From an uncultured bacterium (GTDB lineage Bacteria > Zhuqueibacterota > QNDG01 > DSAB01): a DNA stretch of 64,000 nucleotides. A model generated the notes under the pieces. That model made no database searches and was not told where the DNA came from. It saw only the letters and a program-made list of their open reading frames with translations. The position numbers and the translations under genes were made by a program. The stretch lies in assembly GCA_964617625.1 (NCBI GenBank), contig CAZTZL010000007.1:1278-65277 (forward strand), read 5' to 3'. Shown in pieces: positions 59,458 to 64,000 of this stretch. Position 1 is the first letter of the stretch. Each line of letters opens with the position of its first letter.

Positions 59458-60264
59458 GTGAGCGAAGTATCAAAAGGAAGCGTTCCCTTGAAAATAAATC
59501 AAGCGAAAATTATCGACACGCATACCCATCTCTGCGATTCATCCTTTGATCCGGACCGGGAGGAAGTTCTCAGGCGTGCAGAAGAGTCGGATGTTGTTTC
59601 CATTTTTACAGTGAGTGAAACGCTTGAGGATGCAGAGAAAAATTTAGTTCTCTCGAATATGTATCCGATTCTTCATCCGCTCGCAGGGTTGTATCCTAGC
59701 TATCTCGATTCAGATCAAGCGGACAAAATCATCCGATGGATCCGGCAGAATCATAACGAGCTTATCGGCATCGGGGAAGTCGGGCTTGACTACTGGAAGG
59801 TGAAGGAATCCCCGGACAGGGAAATACAGAAGGAAATCTTTATCCGTTTTATCGAACTGTCCAAAGAGCTTGATTTGCCGCTCAATGTTCATTCCCGGTC
59901 CGCCGGCAGGCCGGTCATTGATCTTCTGCTGAATTATGATGCACGAAAAGTGCAGCTTCATGCTTTTGACGGGAAAGCTTCGACAGCCCTGCCTGCGGTA
60001 GAGGCCGGATATTTTTTTTCAATTCCGCCCTCCATTTTACGTTCCCGTCAAAAACAAAAATTGGTCAAACTTTTACCGCTCTCCTGTCTGCTGGTTGAAA
60101 CAGACAGCCCGGTGCTCGGTCCGGTTCCCGGCGAGCGAAACGAGCCGAAGAATATCCGCACTGCAATCGAATCTATAGCCGAAATCAAGGATTTGAAATT
60201 CGATGAAGCAGCCGAGACAGTATTTCAGAATACGGTTCAATTGTACGGATCCTTCATTCAATAA
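59458..60264 (+). CDS. tatD: TatD-family DNase
   Basis: DTHTHL, IGEVGLDY, LNVHSR, LHAF, LVETDSP. Confidence 0.92.
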   Translation: MSEVSKGSVPLKINQAKIIDTHTHLCDSSFDPDREEVLRRAEESDVVSIFTVSETLEDAEKNLVLSNMYPILHPLAGLYPSYLDSDQADKIIRWIRQNHNELIGIGEVGLDYWKVKESPDREIQKEIFIRFIELSKELDLPLNVHSRSAGRPVIDLLLNYDARKVQLHAFDGKASTALPAVEAGYFFSIPPSILRSRQKQKLVKLLPLSCLLVETDSPVLGPVPGERNEPKNIRTAIESIAEIKDLKFDEAAETVFQNTVQLYGSFIQ

Positions 60265-60706
60265 ATTCCATCCTTCTGCAGAAATGGTTTATTTTGAACC
60301 AGAGCCTGCTTTAAATATTTCCACATGCAATGGCTGTATAACTCCTAATTTGAAATAATTGAAATATTTAGTCATTTCCCTGTCATGCTGCAGGATAACG
60401 GCTTGAATTTTGCATTCCATTGGAAACGCATTTTTGTGATTGTTTTGGCTGATGAAATAAATCAATCAATTATTTTCATCCAGAACAATTTATTAATCAG
60501 ATTCGCGTTATTCTATTGGTATGCAGGGATTATTTGGTTGAATCGAATAACTATCAGTCCGGAAATAGAAAACCGGCAGGTATATAAAAATACTGAATAA
60601 ATTAAAACTGCTGGAAAAATCTATAGTGGTCAATATTTAACCAAATGATGCCGAGATCCTGTCAGGTTGAGCCATCATTGATTACTTTTGTTGTACAGGA
60701 ATATGA

Positions 60707-63631
60707 ATGAAAAAAAATAATCATCTCGCTTTCCGGAATATTTGTAAAGATTCGATGTTTATTCAAATCATTCCTGTTTTCTTTTTACTTCTGGGATTTT
60801 CACGCTCCGCACTGGTTGCTGAGGAAATGAAGTTCAAACGTCTGAATGTCGGTGATGGCCTTTCCCAGAATACCATCACCTGTATTCTGCAGGACCGGAC
60901 CGGATTTATGTGGTTCGGTACCGAAGACGGATTAAACCGGTTTGACGGTTATACGTTTTCTGTCTTTCGGAATGATCCCTCGGATCAAAAAAGTCTGAGC
61001 TACGATGAAATCACATCAATCTGTGAGGATCGGTCAGGAATTTTGTGGATCGGGACCAACGGAGGCGGTCTGAACGCTTATGATCCGGTCACTGAATTAT
61101 TTTGTCGGTTTCGAAAAGATACTACAGATGCAGGGAGTCTGAGTCATGATACGGTAACCGTTGTTTATGAGGATCGTCTGGGAAATCTCTGGGTCGGCAC
61201 TGCCGGAGGGCTGGATCGGATCGACTTGATTAGAGATCCTATTCGATCTGTACAATTCAAACATTACAGACATGACCCTGAAAATAAGTGCAGTCTCAGT
61301 TATAATTATATCACATCGATTCATGAAAGTCAAAGCGGATTATTATGGATTGGAACCGATTTCGGCCTGAACCGATTGGATCCTGATAACGGAACCTGTC
61401 AAAGGTATTACTATGATAAAAAGAATAATAATACTCTGGGAAGCAGTTATATCTTATGTTCGCTTGAAGACCATGCCGGGAATGTATGGATCGGTACGGA
61501 TCTGGGCGGACTGAATTTAATCCGGGAAGAGGATCAATTAAAGCCCACATTCAACCGTTATGCTCATCATCCCGGGATAATCGGAAGCCTGAGCGGGAAT
61601 TCTGTGTATGCCCTCTATGAGGATCCGGCAGGCCAGCTCTGGATAGGAACGGATCAGGGTTTGAACTGGTTCCATGCGAATAAAGGGAATTTTTCCCGGT
61701 ATGAAAATGATCCGGATAATCCGTCCAGCCTGAGCAATAATATGGTTCGCTCGATTTATAAGGACCGTTCCGGTGCATTGTGGATTGGGACGGACGGCGG
61801 CATCAATCAATATTGTGAAGATAAAAAACCATTTTTGCATTATAAGCACGAGCTGAATCATCGAAACAGTCTGAGTCAAAATTATGTCTGGTCGATGTGT
61901 GAAGACCGGTACGGTGATCTTTGGATTGCCACGGATGGAGGCCTGGACCGGTTTATTCGAAAAGAAAACAGATTTGTCCATTATCAAAAAGATCCGAAAA
62001 ATCCGTACGGTCTTCTTACAAATTATATATTATCCATTTGTGAAGATCAATCCGGTACGATTTGGGTTGGATCAAACGGATTCGGACTATATCAGCTGAT
62101 TGATCGGGGAAGCTGGCAGAGAGCCCACCGTTTTCAGCATTATCTCAGTCGTCCGGATGATCCAAACAGTCTGTCCAGCAACTATGTTATGGCATTGTAT
62201 CCGGATCGCTCCGGAAATATCTGGATCGGAACGTGGGATAACGGTATCGATCAGCTTATACCGGGTACGTATAAAAAAGGTGCCGAATTTATTCATTTCA
62301 GGCACGATCTGGATGATCCAGGCAGTCTCAGCAGTAATCGTATTTATATAATTTATCAAGACCGGTCAGGCACAATATGGATCGGGACGGACGGCGGCGG
62401 ATTGGACAAGCTTCTTTTATCAGAAAAAACGGGGTCGCATCAGTTTGTTCATTTTCGGAACGATCCCGATAATCCGATGAGCCTGAGCAAGGACTGTGTG
62501 ATGAGCATCTATGAAGATAGCAAAGGGAGGTTCTGGATCGGGACTTACGGGGGCGGCCTGAATCAGATGGATCGCGCAAGCGGAACATTCAAAAGTTATA
62601 CAGTGAAACAGGGCTTGCCCAATAATGTCATTTATGGGATACTCGAGGATGATCATGGAAATCTCTGGATGAGCACCAATATGGGGATTGTTGAATTTGA
62701 TCCGGAACTGGAAACCTTTCAGAATTATAACGTCAATGATGGTCTCCAGGATTATGAATTCAACACAGGCGCTTACTGCAAGGGCTCCGGTGGAGAGATG
62801 TTCTTCGGAGGTATCAATGGATTTAATGCCTTTCATCCGGATAGCATTCGTCCCAATCCCTATGTTCCTCCTGTTGTCATTACAGATTTTAAACTGTTCA
62901 ATGAATCTGTGCCAGTGAATGTCTTGCGCTCAAAACATGCTATTCTAAAAAAAGCAGTCAGCCAGGCTACTGAAATTCACCTCTCATATAAAGAGAATAC
63001 AATCACCTTTGAATTTGCCGCACTCAGTTATATCTGCCCTGAAGAGAATCAATACCGTACGATTCTTGAAAATCTGGAAAGAAAATGGAATGAAAACGGC
63101 CATCAGCGAACAGTGACGTATGCCAAGCTCCCGCCAGGCAAATACATTTTCAGGGTTCAAGGTTCCAATAATGACGGCATATGGAATAAGGAGGGCAGAT
63201 CAGTCCGGATCATGATTGCGCCTCCTTTCTGGCAGACTACATGGTTTCGTGTTTTCGTGGTTTTCCTGTTCATTGCGTTTTCGCTGGTGGTATTTGAATG
63301 GCGGACCAACATGATACGCAAGCGGGCAAGGGAACTTCAAATAAAAGTCGAGGAGAGAACCAGAGACCTTGAAACGGCCAATAAGGAGCTTCAGGTCGCC
63401 CTGGACAATGTAAAGACACTCAGCGGTTTGCTTCCGATTTGTGCGTCCTGTAAAAAAATCAGGGATGATAAGGGATACTGGCACCAGGTTGAGGAGTATA
63501 TTCACGCGCATTCCAATGCCCAATTCAGCCACGGTCTTTGCCCGGTTTGTTTTAAAAAGATGTATCCGGAATTTGAGGAGATGAAAAAGAAGATTGATTC
63601 GGATGAAAAAGATCATGAACAATCCAATTAA
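60707..63631 (+). CDS. Two-component-regulator propeller + Y_Y_Y membrane sensor with short Cys/His C-terminal domain
   Basis: About 14 repeats of the type I.ED..G.LWIGT..GL, Y_Y_Y (YAKLPPGKY.FRVQGSN.DG.W), TM PPFWQT.WF, coiled coil, LLPICASCKKIRDD...FSHGLCPVC. Confidence 0.88.
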   Translation: MKKNNHLAFRNICKDSMFIQIIPVFFLLLGFSRSALVAEEMKFKRLNVGDGLSQNTITCILQDRTGFMWFGTEDGLNRFDGYTFSVFRNDPSDQKSLSYDEITSICEDRSGILWIGTNGGGLNAYDPVTELFCRFRKDTTDAGSLSHDTVTVVYEDRLGNLWVGTAGGLDRIDLIRDPIRSVQFKHYRHDPENKCSLSYNYITSIHESQSGLLWIGTDFGLNRLDPDNGTCQRYYYDKKNNNTLGSSYILCSLEDHAGNVWIGTDLGGLNLIREEDQLKPTFNRYAHHPGIIGSLSGNSVYALYEDPAGQLWIGTDQGLNWFHANKGNFSRYENDPDNPSSLSNNMVRSIYKDRSGALWIGTDGGINQYCEDKKPFLHYKHELNHRNSLSQNYVWSMCEDRYGDLWIATDGGLDRFIRKENRFVHYQKDPKNPYGLLTNYILSICEDQSGTIWVGSNGFGLYQLIDRGSWQRAHRFQHYLSRPDDPNSLSSNYVMALYPDRSGNIWIGTWDNGIDQLIPGTYKKGAEFIHFRHDLDDPGSLSSNRIYIIYQDRSGTIWIGTDGGGLDKLLLSEKTGSHQFVHFRNDPDNPMSLSKDCVMSIYEDSKGRFWIGTYGGGLNQMDRASGTFKSYTVKQGLPNNVIYGILEDDHGNLWMSTNMGIVEFDPELETFQNYNVNDGLQDYEFNTGAYCKGSGGEMFFGGINGFNAFHPDSIRPNPYVPPVVITDFKLFNESVPVNVLRSKHAILKKAVSQATEIHLSYKENTITFEFAALSYICPEENQYRTILENLERKWNENGHQRTVTYAKLPPGKYIFRVQGSNNDGIWNKEGRSVRIMIAPPFWQTTWFRVFVVFLFIAFSLVVFEWRTNMIRKRARELQIKVEERTRDLETANKELQVALDNVKTLSGLLPICASCKKIRDDKGYWHQVEEYIHAHSNAQFSHGLCPVCFKKMYPEFEEMKKKIDSDEKDHEQSN

Positions 63632-63765
63632 CTAATTTTAAGTTTCCTGTGTTTTTATACTGACAATTTTTCTTAAGATGTATTCACCACTTGAAACATT
63701 CTAAGATTCTTCTTATCTTAAACAAATCAACCACCCAATAAAAATTTCAATAAAGGAGAGGGATT

Positions 63766-64000
63766 ATGAAAAAGGTGATTCTTGCCGTTGTCATTTTAAT
63801 CGTACTTGTCATCGTGATAGGAGGAATTTACGTTTTTACCCATCGTGATCAGCTGATAGCGAAGGTTATGGAAAAAAGCCTCGGATCACTTCAAAAGGCA
63901 ATGATCGGCAATTTGCAGACAGATGAGAAAAAAGCGGAGGCGGAAGCGATTTTCAGGAAATTGGGAGAAAAAATCAAAACAGGTGCGATTGATAAAAAAG
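63766..64000 (+). CDS. Hypothetical membrane-anchored protein, truncated by the window end
   Basis: AAAGGAG RBS; MKKVILAVVILIVLVIVIGGIYVF...; no stop before 64000. Confidence 0.6.
   Translation, partial: MKKVILAVVILIVLVIVIGGIYVFTHRDQLIAKVMEKSLGSLQKAMIGNLQTDEKKAEAEAIFRKLGEKIKTGAIDKK

Noticed and set aside
60399-60414. Sigma54-like CGGCTT-N5-TTGCA upstream of the propeller sensor
   Set aside because: The -24 box deviates from TGGCAC and lies about 290 bp from the start; too weak to call
558-63622. Numerous antisense or alternate-frame ORFs in the track (e.g. 1824-2681, 23558-24580, 54709-55362, 41008-41496)
   Set aside because: They shadow well-supported genes and have no motifs; treated as spurious
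1-64000. tRNA/rRNA genes or an integron integrase
   Set aside because: No cloverleaf or rRNA signatures, and no tyrosine-recombinase R-H-R-Y motif protein among the ORFs

Overview
Gene-dense bacterial chromosomal segment, probably from an FCB-group lineage such as KSB1 or Calditrichota. This is inferred from PorV-family and T9SS/FlgD-type C-terminal tails, NQR and Bacteroidota-like REP hairpins. In order it holds: (1) a pectin-end-product cluster (eda, IS1595-like remnant, kduI, kduD, DUF4861) and a beta-mannan cluster (LacI-type operator, SSS transporter, AGE epimerase, a GH130 and a GH5 gene broken and joined at ~8310, galM); (2) a minus-strand signalling operon (HEAT protein, HD-GYP, PAS kinase, hybrid kinase with a degenerate GGDEF-like insert, receiver) with two near-identical sigma54 promoters, where the HEAT and HD-GYP proteins share an unnamed N-terminal domain; (3) MarR with a triple operator, a FAD/Fe-S oxidoreductase with a Met-rich tail, nqrABCDEF, a CBS protein and an NqrM-like peptide; (4) csp, a BNR lipoprotein, pdxA, DUF2156 and YyaL; (5) a minus-strand accessory run with an integron-type gene cassette and intact attC, several attC half-sites, a PD-(D/E)xK protein and a DUF4258/YgiT pair, with no integrase in the window; (6) a NifA-like activator without nif genes and a TonB receptor / 1172-aa secreted protein / PorV-family operon; (7) ribokinase, FAD oxidase, class II aldolase, TlpA, YHS, TatD and a propeller-Y_Y_Y sensor whose only output is a small Cys/His domain. 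No rRNA, tRNA or CRISPR array was seen.
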